DNA of 64,000 nucleotides from Tubulanus polymorphus (Eukaryota; Animalia; Nemertea): contig NC_134026.1 in NCBI RefSeq assembly GCF_964204645.1, positions 23,470,150 through 23,534,149 of the forward strand. Direction: 5' to 3'. The notes below the pieces were generated by a model. That model did no database searches. It had not been told where the DNA came from and saw only the letters and a list, made by a program, of their open reading frames with translations. Positions 49,815 through 63,920 of this stretch are shown in pieces; the stretch's first letter is position 1; every line of letters starts with the position of its first letter. The position numbers and the translations under genes are program-made.

Positions 49815-50945
49815 ATGATGAACAGAAGCAACAATACGACAGGAATTCATCACCAAAATGCTTCCATATTTCACAACACCGACATGGCATTTATGAGAGT
49901 TTATTCGGCGTTCGTAAATCCGATCGTGATATTTTATGGCATAGTTGCGAATCTATTTTGTGTTTATGTATTTAAACGTTGCAAGAACTGGTGCCAACGT
50001 ACTGTCATTTACCTATTTTCAATATGTCTCACTGACACTGGTCTGCTTCTATCAAATGGCTTAGTTAGATGGCTGGGCTTTGACGACGGTATTAGAACGC
50101 CCATCGAAGTACAGAATACCAGCCGTTTATCGTGCAGGACTGTCAGATACGCATTTTCGTTCTTCACTTGCTCCTCCTCGTGGTTGATGATGGCACTCGT
50201 TATTGAACGTCTCATGTGCACCACGAACCCTTTTCGATGGACAGCAGAGTCGTTCATGAAGATACGGAAATGGGTTGTTATGTGCGTAATGGCCACAGCC
50301 GCGTTGCTAGCAGTTTTTTCCGCCTGGACGAAAGATCTTAAGGTTTCATCCGGTGGGAAACAGGTATGCGTTGGAAACTTGGTAAAACCAGAGTGGTTGG
50401 GTTTTTTTCATGGAGTGACTTTCTTTAGTGTTGGATACGCAATACCGCTGATGGCCATTAGTTTCTGCAACGCGATAATAATGATTTCTCTTCGACGGTC
50501 AAGAAAAATCTTCAGTGAAACACCGTTGGACCAGGACGCTAGACCGGGACAATCTTCCGTATCATTATCTATGAAGTTTGAGAGACTATTGACGATTGAC
50601 TTGACAGTTGTTTCTTCAATATTTATAGTAATAACCTCTCAATTACTAATTGTACAACTTTCAATGTGGACATCCTCTCGAATAGGTAGTTTAGATCCTT
50701 ATATCAATCAGTTAGTGAATTTTTCGATAGATTTAAACAACATTAACTTTGCCATCAATCCAATTGTATATTTGATAAGAATGCCGTGGTTTAGGCAGGC
50801 TGTGCGAGATGCTCTTTGTTGTCAGAAGTTAAGCCCAAAGGTTCAACCTATTGGCGACCTGTCGAATTTGGAAACATTTCGTGTAACAAACACTTGTGAG
50901 ACGCCATTACCCTCGGCTCCTACATCTGCGGACGATGCATTTTGA
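49815..50945 (+). CDS. Class A (rhodopsin-like) GPCR, peptide-receptor/chemoreceptor-like, intronless CDS
   Basis: 376-aa ORF with seven hydrophobic segments, N-terminal N-x-S/T sites, GIVAN (TM1), LTD (TM2), Cys at the top of TM3, ERL in place of DRY, YAIP (TM5), NFAINPIVY (NPxxY) and helix 8 FR..V...LCC. A splice acceptor lies just upstream at about 49799. Confidence 0.9.
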   Translation: MMNRSNNTTGIHHQNASIFHNTDMAFMRVYSAFVNPIVIFYGIVANLFCVYVFKRCKNWCQRTVIYLFSICLTDTGLLLSNGLVRWLGFDDGIRTPIEVQNTSRLSCRTVRYAFSFFTCSSSWLMMALVIERLMCTTNPFRWTAESFMKIRKWVVMCVMATAALLAVFSAWTKDLKVSSGGKQVCVGNLVKPEWLGFFHGVTFFSVGYAIPLMAISFCNAIIMISLRRSRKIFSETPLDQDARPGQSSVSLSMKFERLLTIDLTVVSSIFIVITSQLLIVQLSMWTSSRIGSLDPYINQLVNFSIDLNNINFAINPIVYLIRMPWFRQAVRDALCCQKLSPKVQPIGDLSNLETFRVTNTCETPLPSAPTSADDAF

Positions 50946-52683
50946 AATGGATACGTACATGGACACTAATATCCTGTCGAAGTCTGCCCCTGGATCCGCT
51001 CATGACAAGTGAAATCTGGAAAGAAGTTAATAAAACCATTGTTGTGAAAAAACGAAACAAATATAGTTCCGTCCGATTACATCATCGTTTATTTAAAGCG
51101 TTTTATAACAAACACATTAATTTACAAAAGGTTTTCCGCAATTGAAGCATAGCTCCCAACATCAATCAACAAGGCCGGTGGCTATTATTATCAAATGATC
51201 TTATACCCGGAAACAAAATGATGATATAAGCAACGACAAGTAATTAGTGAAATTGAACAGAGGGATGATGATTTCTTGCCTTGACATTATTCGCTTTTCC
51301 ATCTAGTATGAGGCTCCTTCCGTGATGTCTGACACTTCAAAATAACAATTCAAGTTGGTGGGTTTAGTACATGTATACATTAGACATACGTCCAAAAATC
51401 ATTCTGTTTTACTAAAGAATAAAACGTTTTCAGATATTCAAACTATCAATAAAGCGGACACGACGACATGATCTTGGTCAGCAACGATGAGAACAGATAA
51501 AATTTTCAATCAGATTCAAGAAGATACAAGTAATGTACACATGTCAATTACAAAGTCAATTCAAACCTCACAACCTGACATATACACTGAAATATGTAAA
51601 TCTGTTCCCAGCCAGATGTAGCGAAAATGTTATGGAGGATAATCAATCATATACATGTTATCTTAAATGGTAAAATCCCTAATCAAATTATTTTCTGGCT
51701 CATTCATGCAGCATTCTAATTGAATATATCGGCAACAAAAAACCACCAAATGATCTATTTTTCTGATGTAGCTTGCCATTCAAACCGGCTGTAGAACGCA
51801 CCACCATTGAATCCATTAACTAACGTGGTAATTCATTCCATGTCTCACCCATGAAGCCCTATGATTTTTTGAAATGGCAGATAAATCCATGATGTTCCGA
51901 AGAAGCCAAGATAGCCATATCCATAACAGTGGCAGATCAATCCGAGATACAACAATTCTAAATAAAGGCAATGTTCACTTCCATTATCTTCAGTTCGTTA
52001 TATTTAATAGTTTAGGATTCTTATTATCCTTACAGGTGATGGTGCAGTTTTTTTCTTCGGATGTCTCTTGTGTTTTAAGTTTCTAAACAAGGCTATTCGC
52101 GTTGAGTTAATGGTTGATGTATCTGGACCTCATGGCCTAGTTACTATCAATGGGGTATTTGATTCTGGATACATATGCCTGCACATCCAGGAAAATGTTC
52201 TTAAAACAAATCAATGATATAATCAGCGAAACAAAATTTATTCGATAAAAGGAATCAATTGATGGTATATTTTGCAACTGAGATATGAAGCTAAAAACTC
52301 ACCAACAACAAAAATAAACAATTTTGATTTTACAACTATTGACATATATACATGTATTTAAATACGTTTTTATAGTACAATTTATAATACCCCAAACAGT
52401 AAGCAACACGGATTGAGCAAACAAAAAAAGCAGAGGAGATGATTGCTATGAATCCAATGTTAATTACATAATTCTGTATATTCAAATCATAATCGACAAA
52501 TAACATCCAGTGTTAGTCGGAGAAATGCTGTACTGCAAACTGAATACATCTATTTAGAATATCTTGGGTAGAATGAACACATATTTTGCCTTGCTTTTGG
52601 GCAGCTTTTCAAGCAGCAACAAAAGTGTTTTGTTAAAAATAATTTTCAGTAGAACTTTAAAGGGTTTCCTATGCATGTGAAAA

Positions 52684-55600
52684 TCACTTCTCAGTAAGGG
52701 ATAGTTTTAGAATGCGCTCTAACTCTTCCTCCTCTTGACGTAATCGAATCTCATCTTCTCGTTGTTGTTTTTGAGACATTTCTAACGCAAGACGAAGCTG
52801 TTCTTGCTCGTATGTTTCCACAGAAGTGTTTGTACGATTTATGATTGAGTCATTGACGAATTCAGGTTGATCTGCATCATTCACTAACTGTTGATTTGAT
52901 AACTGTTCTGAAGTAGGTTTCATACTTTCAGCTAGGGCTCTAAGGAACAATGAGAAAACGTGTCATCAAGTTTAATCAAATGTGATTAGTATTATAAATC
53001 TTCTAATTCAAAAGATTATGCTAATAACCTTCTACTCCAGCAGTTCTCATCTTAGTTAAATGTCATTTTCGATGTCGATTGATACATTTGCAATAAAAGA
53101 ATTCAAAAGATTGAATACCTCTGCAGTAATCGTTCTTCTTCAGCTTGCATATCAACTGAAGGCCTCGATTTGTTTAATGCCTCCCAGAAAGTAACTTCAT
53201 CATTTTCTGTGCCTGTTTCTAAAAGACTTTGTTGTATAGCAAACTGCAGAAGTTCATCATCTTCATCCCGTATTCTTTCATGATGACCGGTTCCTAAAAC
53301 ACAAAATTACAGTAAGTGAATATCAGACGCATCTACGCAGTGTTTCTTAGAACAATTATCACTATTGAAGACTTCATATACCGAGTCTTGAATATGTCGA
53401 AGGTGGTTCGAAGCAATCATCATCAACTGCACAATAAATACGATCTCCTTCGTTCAAACATGTAACACCTTGTACGCTTTCATCAGATGCATAGATATTA
53501 CCAAACGTTATCCGTGCATTCAGTACATGAAATAATGGAATCTCTAGAAAAATAAAAACACAAGCAGTTACAACAAAATCATCAACTGATTTAATACCAG
53601 GGGTCCTGGGACACCATTCCCATTTGCTGAAATGCTTGACAATATGAAAATATTCAATGCCCTCTGTTGAACAAATACAGATACCAATAACTTTAAAATT
53701 CCATAAAATCATAGAATATGTCAGTAACTAAAACTTTGCAATTGATTGTGGTTACAATATATGCATATCATAGTACAACATGGAAATTCCATGATGCTCC
53801 ACTATATACAATGCCCCTGGTGACTATATACAGCAACCAATGTTGACCTTGGACATGTACTTGATATTTTCTGAAAAGTATTATGAATACACTAGGAACA
53901 CACCTATTTTCACCGGGAATCCAGCTGGGAGCTGAAGAGTGATAAAATCTCGAAGTTTCTGGAAGTGAGCATTGCTTGTAGCCATCAGATCAATAATTGG
54001 AAGGACTTGCTCCTGCAACGCTAGAGGGTAGTTCTCACAAAGCCACAAAGTTGCCTTGAATTTCTGAACCTTAGTCATCTGCTCAATCGGTCGGCCAATA
54101 TCGCGTTTATCTAAGTCTATATCGGGATCAAAATATTCCTCTGGAGTAATGCAGCACGGGTTATTATTCATGTGATGAATTTCCTGCAAGCAAAACGTTA
54201 TCGAAGTCAAAGTTACAAAATATAACTAGGGGTCCATGACACCATGAAATTTCCCTTGAAAACTTGCTGATTCTAGTGAAGAACAATGGCTGCCAGTTGG
54301 CCATATTAAATCTGACCAGGCAAATAACTAGATTCATCTTCTGAGGAATTGTGCTGATGGAGAACAATAAACCTACAAAACTTACATGAATACCATTGGG
54401 AGCAGCAGATTGTGCCTTTTCCTCCTGTTCAGCGACACCCAGGAATGATTCAAGTGGATTACGACTGGTTTTCTTTGTCCGAGCTTTGTCCTGCTCGGAT
54501 AAATGTTCTGTTCTAGTTTTAGTGACAAGTTCAACATTGCTAGCACTAAACACTTTACATTCATGTCCATTAATTGATTCAGTTTTATCACTTCTCCAGC
54601 CCCAAATGCCTGACTTGTTTCTAAAATAGCAGCAAAACTTTACAGATTCAAAAGTAACAAGCACATTCAGTTCGAATGACACTCCAGTCTAACCCCTTCA
54701 ATCCAGGTCAGTTAAATCCGGACTTTTCATAAACCAGATAATTACATTGGTTCCAAATTATCCGAAATAAGCAGATTTTACTGCTAAACATTTTGATGCT
54801 AAATATTTACCTTTCAAATGATATTTTTTCAACATCTATAAACGTGGTGTTAAGAGGTGCGGTGAGTCTTGCTGCAACAGCATCATCCGAAGGCTGCAAA
54901 ACTCCAGCATCCATGTCATCTGGTACAACATGTAAGACTTCTGTATACACTTGGCACATATCGTGGTCTATTTCCATCACTTGAGCGGAATTACCTATTC
55001 AATAGAACAATTTTCCCCGTAATTACACTTAGAAATCCTGCTGGGAGTCTTACAGGAATATATCCTCTGTCATGGGTTTCATGTAGCGATAGTTAACATA
55101 CCATTGACATTTCCCTTGAACACAATACTACGACTTCCTCTTTGCCAATTCATGTTATCAAACCCAAGCAAGGTTGTGTCAATTCTTACATTGGCGCCTA
55201 ATAATAAAGTGAAACAGATACAGTTTTTGCACGGAAGAGTAGATATGAATAGAGACTCATTAAAAACAATTCATAAGATGAACATACCACTTTTATAGAC
55301 TTTATAAGTATCACTGGGACACATTCTTGAGACGAGTGGAACTGAAATTAAAGTATATTTTTTTTAAACAAATATAGGTGAAACCGATTCTTAGTTTTTA
55401 GGTAAATCAAGCCTCAGAAGAAAATAGTTTTTACCCCAACTGGTAAATTCCCATTTCATTTCCACATAAAAATCTGGTGCCTGAAAGTATAAGAAAAAAT
55501 TACAACAATTGAAGAATAACTCAACGGGGCATTTTTGGTAATTGAAAATGCATATTTGAAGGCTTATCAGCAATTAAGGCATTGAAAATTTTTGGATGGG

Positions 55601-56899
55601 TTAGATGCATTTTACATTTTTTGCATTTCTAACTAGAAAACGTTTCCTTATCCTACCAATTAGGCGATAAAAGTTTATAAGATTCCACATTATAGGGCAG
55701 TGAAAAGTTTACAGTTCATTCAACATCGGGCAACTCAAAATATTTGAGGGTCATGTACAAAGTCCACAAAACCTCCTGGATCTGTGCCTAAATTTGAAAC
55801 TCTGGGATGATAATACCGGAAAATAATTGATACAGAAATCAGAGTAAATTCAATTGAAAACATAAATTTCAACACACCTCTTTCAGTTTTTGTAGGAGAT
55901 CTGGAATACCAAGAGTTCGACGGGAATATCGTGTTAAATCACGATGTTGTAAAACAATACTGACTATATCTGGGTCACCAGAACTAACTGCTTCCTGGAG
56001 AACTGCAAACAATTTTAACATAATAGGAAAAAATTAATGATAATGAATATTAACTCATACATTCTTAGGCAATAAGAAAAATATTTTGCTCCTACCTGTC
56101 CAGTTATTTCTATTTTCTTTATTGGCATCAGCTCCATGTTTCAACAAAACTTTTGTACTTTCAAGATGCCCTAATGTGACAGCAAGATGAAGTGCAGTTC
56201 TTCCTCTTGGATCGAGCTGCTCAATATCATACTGAAATAACATAAATTTCTCAGAACACAGAGGCTCAAACTTGCCACAGTAGGGACAATATAGTTAAAG
56301 GCTGGTTCTGTACTCAAACCATTAAGCATGTTTGTAAGGATAATAAAGCCAAGCAACAGGGACTTGAAAATATGCGTATTTCAATTATTCAATTTCATTC
56401 TTCGATAGCCGAGACCATTGCCAGTTAGTTAGTTACCAAATCGTTCATTCCTTCGTCAGAAAGACTTTTGTATTATGGACGCAATTTTCAACATAACATG
56501 AGCATATGGATGAAAATCAGAAACAAGTTAATTGAGGAATTTATCGTTCATTTGAAAAACACGCAAGTCCTTTAACAAACTGAGTCGTAGCGGATCTATT
56601 GATCGATAATGAGATTACAGATTGAAACGTCACAGGAGCTTGCGTGACAGGCAGTAGTAAGAAGTTGATAATTGATGTGGTAGAAGTAAAAATGGACCCA
56701 AATGGAGGTAGGCCTATTAGACTATTTGTTGTGTACTGTGGTGACTGTGTGAATGTAATGACTCGAGGAGAGGCCAGTGCAAATCAATTCGAGGAACTTT
56801 TACCTGTTTTTTCGATAATAATTGATCCAACTCTTCGTGATGATTGTGCCAGACAAGAAGATGAATGGGGTAGGATAGATTCCGCCCCTTTGTCGCCAT
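52684..56899 (-). CDS. ANKRD13: Ankyrin repeat domain-containing protein 13 (ANKRD13A/B/D family, with C-terminal UIMs), about 12 exons
   Basis: [28 protein letters not shown] (ankyrin), [84 protein letters not shown] and UIM-like [10 protein letters not shown] / [14 protein letters not shown]. Exons at about 56804-56899, 56096-56231, 55878-56002, 55435-55481, 55289-55341, 55101-55198, 54811-54993, 54386-54620, 53904-54183, 53401-53543, 53119-53292, 52684-52939. Confidence 0.92.
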
Positions 56900-57276
56900 T
56901 TTCTGCAAAAAATATCTGCATAAATGTCAAAACCAGGAAGTAAATAATTCCCAATGCGGAAGTGAAATCCAACCGACCGAGTTACGGTTTGTTGTAAAAT
57001 ATCTGCCATCGTTTCTCTAAGTACTAATCTAATCCAAAAATGTCTATCATTTGATTCTTGTAAATACAGTTTAAAGTGATTGGTTCTTTAGATTTAACTA
57101 AATTTTTCCCAATGGAGAAATATTGGGGTTTAAATTCGATGTTTTGACATCCCGTAGGTGGCGCTGATGGTTGGGTATTATTCATAAGACTGTGTATCAT
57201 GGAATAAAAACGGCCGTATTATTATTGGGAAATTCGTATGTTTACGCGTTATTTAGTTTAATATCAACTCATCCCG
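56900..57276. promoter_or_regulatory. Bidirectional promoter shared by ANKRD13 and GIT
   Basis: 377 bp between divergent ATGs. ETS core GCGGAAGTG near 56956 and CTCF-like cccgtaggtggcgctg at 57151-57166. Confidence 0.7.
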
Positions 57277-60200
57277 ATGTCAAGGGGCAGGCTAAGGTCC
57301 AGTGCTGACATTTGTTGCGATTGTAATGCCTCGGGTAAGTGAAGTATTAATAATCAAACTTTCGTTCACTTTCGACTTCGTCGCTGCTGCTCTGGATGGA
57401 TCGGATGAGAATCCACTCCAGTTCTGAGAGGTATTGATAATGTACGTATGCTGCAAGATCTGTCAATTCTTAGTCATTTTTCTGCAATGAATTAGAAAAA
57501 TATGGAAAGACAATGGTGTACTTGTTTTGAAATTTGATTTAGGATCCAAGCCCATCAGCAAGTGCTGCTGCTATGCTGCTGGTGGTGTGTGATGTCTCGT
57601 CATTTCACTCTCTGACTCTGCATCGTTTGTGGTTGTGGTTGAGTTTGTTGCCTAGGGGTTGGACCTAATATCTTTATCACATTGGCTAATGGTGGTTGAA
57701 AGTATTATAGGCCTACATATGAGGTGTAGAAATGATGAAATATGACAAGAATCAAAATGTTTGTTGTTGAGTTGTGACAGTTGTACATACCTATTGTACA
57801 GGCTGTGCATGAATCTATCATCTTGGTTATAAGGATCAAACTTCATGCCTCTTATGAGTTCTATATTACCAGTACCTTTTCATATTGAATGTGAAACAGG
57901 GCCTCATTGTACAGCAACTTGAATTGAGCCCTCTCGCCGACATATAGGCCTAACTTTGGGACGCAAAACTTATCTTTGGAATCAACCATTCATGCAAGAT
58001 TTCTAAGATTGTACCGTTAGAGGACCCATTTCCTGTATGAGTATGAGTCCTATCACAGGATGCAGCAGTGTAACTCATGGAGAAATGTGATTCAATGTTG
58101 TGGGATTTGAACCTGATACGTATCCATTCGTGATCGAATTCCAAACTTCTTGAATAGGCCTATATGGTTACACTAGGATCGTAGAGTGGCGGAGATCTCT
58201 GTGGAGGCAACCTCTGCCAGGGCTGGGTGAACTTGAATATCACCTCTTTATATTGTAGCCTACCTTTGAATGTGAGAGTGACTAAGCTACTAATCAGCTG
58301 TCACTTCATTCCGGCAAACTGCGATTATGGTGATTGTGAAACAAAATCTTCTGGGAGAGGGCCTCTAGACCCTCCTTGAGGTGCATTACACCTTAGGTGC
58401 TGGTGGAAGGACGACTGTGCCATTCTGCACTTCCTACCTCATGATCTTAATTAGGCCTATAAGTTGGCCCCTTTCTCAAATTTTCAATCCGCCCTGATAT
58501 CAGCTATTTAATTAGATCAGGGAGGTACCTCCCTGGTTAGATACAACATTGACAAGCATGTATGGTATTAACGATTAGCTGCCAAAATTAGAAAGTTGGA
58601 ATTTCTTTGATGACATTCGGATGGAAGTAAATAAAAAGTGATAATCTCGGAAATAACAAGGGTTTTCTGCCAAACGGTCAGAAAAACCTAATGAAACCTA
58701 ATGAAGTTGGCTATTTTTAACTTAGGCCTAACATAAAATTACTATTTAATGCTTATGTGTGTGTATTTAATGCTTGTATTTCAAGTCAGAGAGATTACCT
58801 TCCCTTTGATTGTGAAGAGCTTTTTTTGATGGAAAAGATGTGTATTATGTCTTCATGGTGGGAAAACTATGTGTTACTGATCATCATTGTCTGTAGGAAG
58901 CAACTCTCAGAAAAATGTAGCACTGACTTGCGTGCACACACTTAGACTTTACTTCCACTAATATTAGCTAGTACAGTTCAGAATGTTTATGTTTGTCGAT
59001 CTCTAGAATATTCTGAGTCTTAACGAGAGTTCTAATTACTCGTATAACATTATGTGTACCATTAACATGAGGATAGTATTCAAAGAGGGTCTTTAAGGCT
59101 GCTGGTGTTGCGAAGCTACAATTATCTATGCTTGAACGATGGATTAGCTGCAAGCGGCATAATTCAGACTTTACTTCAATAGTTCATTCAGTTTTCCAAG
59201 CAGGAATCAATCAAACTATTATTAAACCTTCTTTACTCACAGGTTTATTTCCATCTAGGCCTAATTAGAGATTCTAGCCCGCATCATGTAGGCCTATTAT
59301 TGGCCATGTATAAAAAAAACTTAAACATTGTTGTAAAGTGAATACTGTTTTTTGTTCTAAATGGGGTCATAATATTATATATGTGAATTATGTCTGTAGT
59401 CCTGAAGGAAATTTGGGGCCCGGATTTGATGAGAATACAAAAGCCATCATTTTTAATTGTTGATGAATGCAGAACCACTGATCTGGAGGGTGATGAATGC
59501 AATAGTGTGATCTGGCAGAGTCACATAGGCCTTAGTCACTGTTTTGTGGGTACTGTTGATATGAAGTTGCCAGTGAACTCTATGCAGTTATTACTGCGTG
59601 CCTTACATCTACCATTTATTTTCCTTACATTTCTTTGAAAATAAATGTGATCATACCTTTAAATACCTCTGGAAACCAGTTCATTATTTCCTCAGAGTAA
59701 GAAGAAGTGAAAGCTATGCTTGTCTGTTTTAAAAAGTGTCTGTTGAGACATTATTATTGGCCATTATGCAGTTCCAATCTCTTTCAGATCCAACATGGGC
59801 ATCAATAAACCGAGGTGTTTTGATTTGTGATGAGTGTTGCAGTGTGCATAGAAGTTTAGGTCGTCACATATCACAAGTAAAATCACTGAAAAAAGGTTCA
59901 TGGCATCCCACTGTATTATCGGTAAGAATGCATTCTAAGGGCCTATTTGCTATTTATGCTTTTTTCAATTTCTTAAATGGCTGTGAGCTTGATTTGATAA
60001 CAGTTTAATCCCAAATACAAACAAACAATGACATGTGAACAATCTATTGTTTCATAGTTGGTCAATCAGCTCGTCAGTATCAGTGCTAACAGTATCTGGG
60101 AACATGCGTTGTTGGAGCCATCACAGAACAAACCTGTACGTCGAAAACCTAATCCTAGAGATCAAACACAGTAAGTACCCAGTAACTAACAAATACTCAA

Positions 60201-63200
60201 TGTAGGCCCCTACCATGCTTTGATAAAGATTTGAAACAGTGATTCAAACAAAGTAAGCTGACGATGTACCATATCAATCCTAAAAAATTTTAATTTCATG
60301 TTTTCAAATCAAGTTTAAGGAAGATGCCTTTTGGTTTGGGGGCCCACATTTTAAGATGGCTGACTGGCAGCCATCTTTGTTTTTTAAAACAGCTCTTTCA
60401 GCAAACAGAGTAGTGATTTTCAAGGTCATTGAATATGTTCAGGGGGTGTTGAAGTCGGCATAGTGTCCTTTCGACCCCTAGTTCTTGTCAGTGAGGCAAC
60501 ACTTGGTGTTTTTCGTGGTTAGTATTAAAAATTGTGGCAGGAATGTTAGATAGTGCCTTCTTTGTAAATGTCTGGATAAGAAAATCTATATCTAATAAGC
60601 TACAATGGTAGGCATAGCAACAATTTCTTGTGTACCAGACGGTGTCATTTTTCAGTGCCTGAAAATCTGAGCAATACATGGTGAAAATGTCAATTTCATT
60701 TAGCAGGAAAAAAAAATTTTATCTGAAGATAGAACTAACTGACTGAGACTTTCATTGAATGCTAGTGGGTATCACTCAGGGGCGGATCCAGGGGCATGTT
60801 GTGACCATGTCGACCAATAAAAAGGGCATATATTCTTAATTTAGGGGGCGGAAAGGTATATCAGCAACATTTTTGAAATTTTACTATCACTTTAGAGCAT
60901 TCTGAGCATCTCTGAGAGGCATTTAGTCAAGAAAAATAGGTTATACATTTAGGAAAAATATCTATTGTGCATCTCGGGTGGTTACCATGGCAAATTTTGA
61001 TACAGAGAAAAAATAAAAAGGCACTTTAAAATTCTGTCGACACATTCTAAATCCGCCCCTGTCACTGCAATAGTTAGGAAACTTTGTATAAAATTTCTCA
61101 ATCAGAGTCTACATGTTTTGTCTTACTTTTCTTTAGTCCAACAAAAGCAGATTTCATACGAGCAAAATATCAGTTCCTGGCCTTTGCGCGAAAACAAAAG
61201 GATGGCGAGTTTTCATCGTTCGATGACCTTAATAAGGTAAGAAATTAACTTGCTTGTGCTCTATGCAACAAGAGCCACGTCCATGAGCTGAACTGAACGA
61301 TAAGACACATGCAATTTGTTCTCAAGATAAACTGACTCTGTCGGTATTCAGTCAGCTGTTGCTAAAGGTGAAGAGTGAGTAATGTTTATCAGAACTCTCT
61401 TTTATATCACAAGATGCAAGAGGCTGTCTTACTAAACAGGCCCTGTCAGAAGAAACCCATGTTGATAATTTTTGCTGAATAGTTTCCTTGTTAATTATTC
61501 ATTTAAAGATTCATAGTTTTTTATATGTTTTTAAGTCATATACTGCTAATCTGAGAGTTATAATGGATGATATATTTTCAGCAACTACATACTTGTGTAC
61601 GGACTGGAAACCTGGAAACATGTTTGAAACTTTTGTCCTTGGGAGCCGACCCAAATTACATGCATCCAGTAAGTGTCTTGTACAGTGTAACCCCTATGAA
61701 CTGTGTCAAATATGTGGTTGAATTCAAGAGGTTTTTCCTGTATCTTTTTCTAATCTAAAGAAGTTTTTCATTGTATTGAAATTATCATTACCTTGATCTA
61801 GGATATTTTTTCAAATAAGATATTAACGATTATGTAAGTTACTAGCACTACAAGAACTTCTCTGTAAAATCTTTATCTAGATGTGATACACATTAGCCAT
61901 CTATTGGTTTATATACGTAAACTAGTTTCCTAATAGTACTTTTGATATTGTGTTAAAAGGAAAAAGGTAATTGTCCGCTACATATGGCAGCACAAGCAGG
62001 ACACATATCAATTGTGGAGTTACTGATTGTCTATGGAGCAGATCCTGGAGTTCCTGATGTGCTAGGACAAACACCAGTCAACTATTCACGGTAACAGTCT
62101 TCACATTTCAAATATTACAGAATAATATGAATTTTTCACCTTTCCACACTCTTCTGACTAAAAGTATAAATGCTTTTGTATTTGGAAGCTATGCACAATG
62201 AAAACCATCGAATGATATTCAGACATGAATTAGCTACAAACAAAGAAAATGGGTTTTTTCAACTGATTGAACTGCTTATTTCTGTATGGCTATTGATGTT
62301 AACATGTTACTACCATCTGTATTACACACTTCAATTTTATTTCATCTATGACAGACCCACAGACCCCAGTTACCGACCTTTACTACAGAAAGTCTGTTAT
62401 CGTTGCTTTGTAGCTATATTACAAGTTGTGGTTTGTCATGAATCATATTTGCCTAATTTTTCTTTTTTAAATAGAGCCGAAGGTCATATAGATTTAACTG
62501 ATCGGTTGATAGAATGTCAATATGAGCTGACTGATCGTTTAGCTTATTACCTTTGTGGGAGAAAACCAGGTAAGAGCTCAATCCTACTGAAAGCATTTCA
62601 TACATCAATTATCTACAATATCATATAAAGTAATTGAGTGCTGGCACCAACCGTCTGAGCGACAAATGTGCATATCTTTTAGATCATAAAAATGGTCAGC
62701 ATTTTATCATCCCGCACATGGCTGACAGTAGTCTAGACTTATCAGAACTAGCCAAAGCTGCCAAGAAAAAATTACAAGCTGTGAGTAGTCAATTTCACTG
62801 GTTTCAACAATGGTTTTTTAAATGTGCTTGAATTACAACACATTATACGCACATGTATGGTGCTGCCACGTTGTATGATAAGATGAAACTAAGTACCTAA
62901 ATCCTTACTTGCAATATTTTTACATATCGTTTGTCATGATTGTATTTCAGTTACCAAATCACTTGTTTGAAGAGTTAGCTATGGATGTTTATGATGAAGT
63001 TGACAGACGAGAAAATGATGCAAGTAAGTTGTCATAGTTGTTTAGTATAATTATCTATTGATATGAGTACTATGATACTTGACACTGACTAATTATTTGT
63101 AATTTTTCAGTTTGGCTTTCAACACAAAATCACAGTACATTAGTAATGGATAGGCAAAGTATTCCATTTTTACCAGTCAACCCAGAACTTTCATCAACAA

Positions 63201-63920
63201 GAAATCAGGTATGATTACCCTCATTATTGTCATAAATTGCAATAGGCTTGATCTGATGTCCACACCTTATCTTATTTTAAAATTTCAATTTTTCCCAATG
63301 AAGAAATATCAAATAAGCATTTCGAACATTGATGCACTTACCGGTATTATAAGTTTTGATAGTAGGGTAAGTTAATAAGCTGAAATTTCTTATTCAGGGA
63401 CGTCAAAAACTGGCTCGTTTCAATGCAAGAGAATTCGCTACGCTAGTCATTGATATATTGAGTGAAGCTCGACGAAGGCAGTTTGGTATTTCGAGCCCGA
63501 TTCAATCGCCACGTTCGGACAGGCATGGTAGGTTATACTGTAATGATTCTATAACACTGTTCATTAATATCATCATGCGTGGCTATCAATCAAGAACTGT
63601 CAAGCTTGTATGGTTATTTCTGTGAATGGTATTAGCATCGACTAATGATGTTTTCTGCTTAATGATCATCAAAAAGGGAGCATAAAAATCATGTGTGCCT
63701 CATGCATGTTTATTTGTAGGAAGTGGAAATGCTCCAAGTTTCTCTGCAACTTTTGAATTTGTTTCAAACTGAAATCTTAAACTGGTTAAGTCATTAGTGC
63801 ATTGTGCATCTTTTTGTTTGAAGATCTTTGTCATGTTTGTGTCATATATATTTCTCTCAGACTCTGTGAACGGTGAACTGCAAGATGAACCCCTGTATGA
63901 CAGCGTTCCAGTTGATACCC
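57277..63920 (+). CDS. GIT: ARF GTPase-activating protein GIT (GIT1/2 co-orthologue), 5' part; continues past the right edge
   Basis: Exon 57277-57334 MSRGRLRSSADICCDCNAS and exon 59788-59921 DPTWASINRGVLICDECCSVHRSLGRHISQVK form the ArfGAP zinc finger. Then ANSIWEH, KADFIRAKYQFLAF, ankyrin repeats (QLHTCVRTGNLETCLKLLSLGADPN), Spa2-homology repeats (LFEELAMDVYDEVDRRE; RNQGRQKLARFNAREFATLVIDIL) and exon 63861-63920 with DEPLYDSV. Confidence 0.95.
60777..61061. mobile_element. hAT-like MITE (285 bp) with 5-bp TSD in a GIT intron
   Basis: TIR caggggcggat / atccgcccctg, flanked by tcact on both sides. Related degenerate copies at about 12418-12756 and possibly 58184-58496. Confidence 0.7.
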
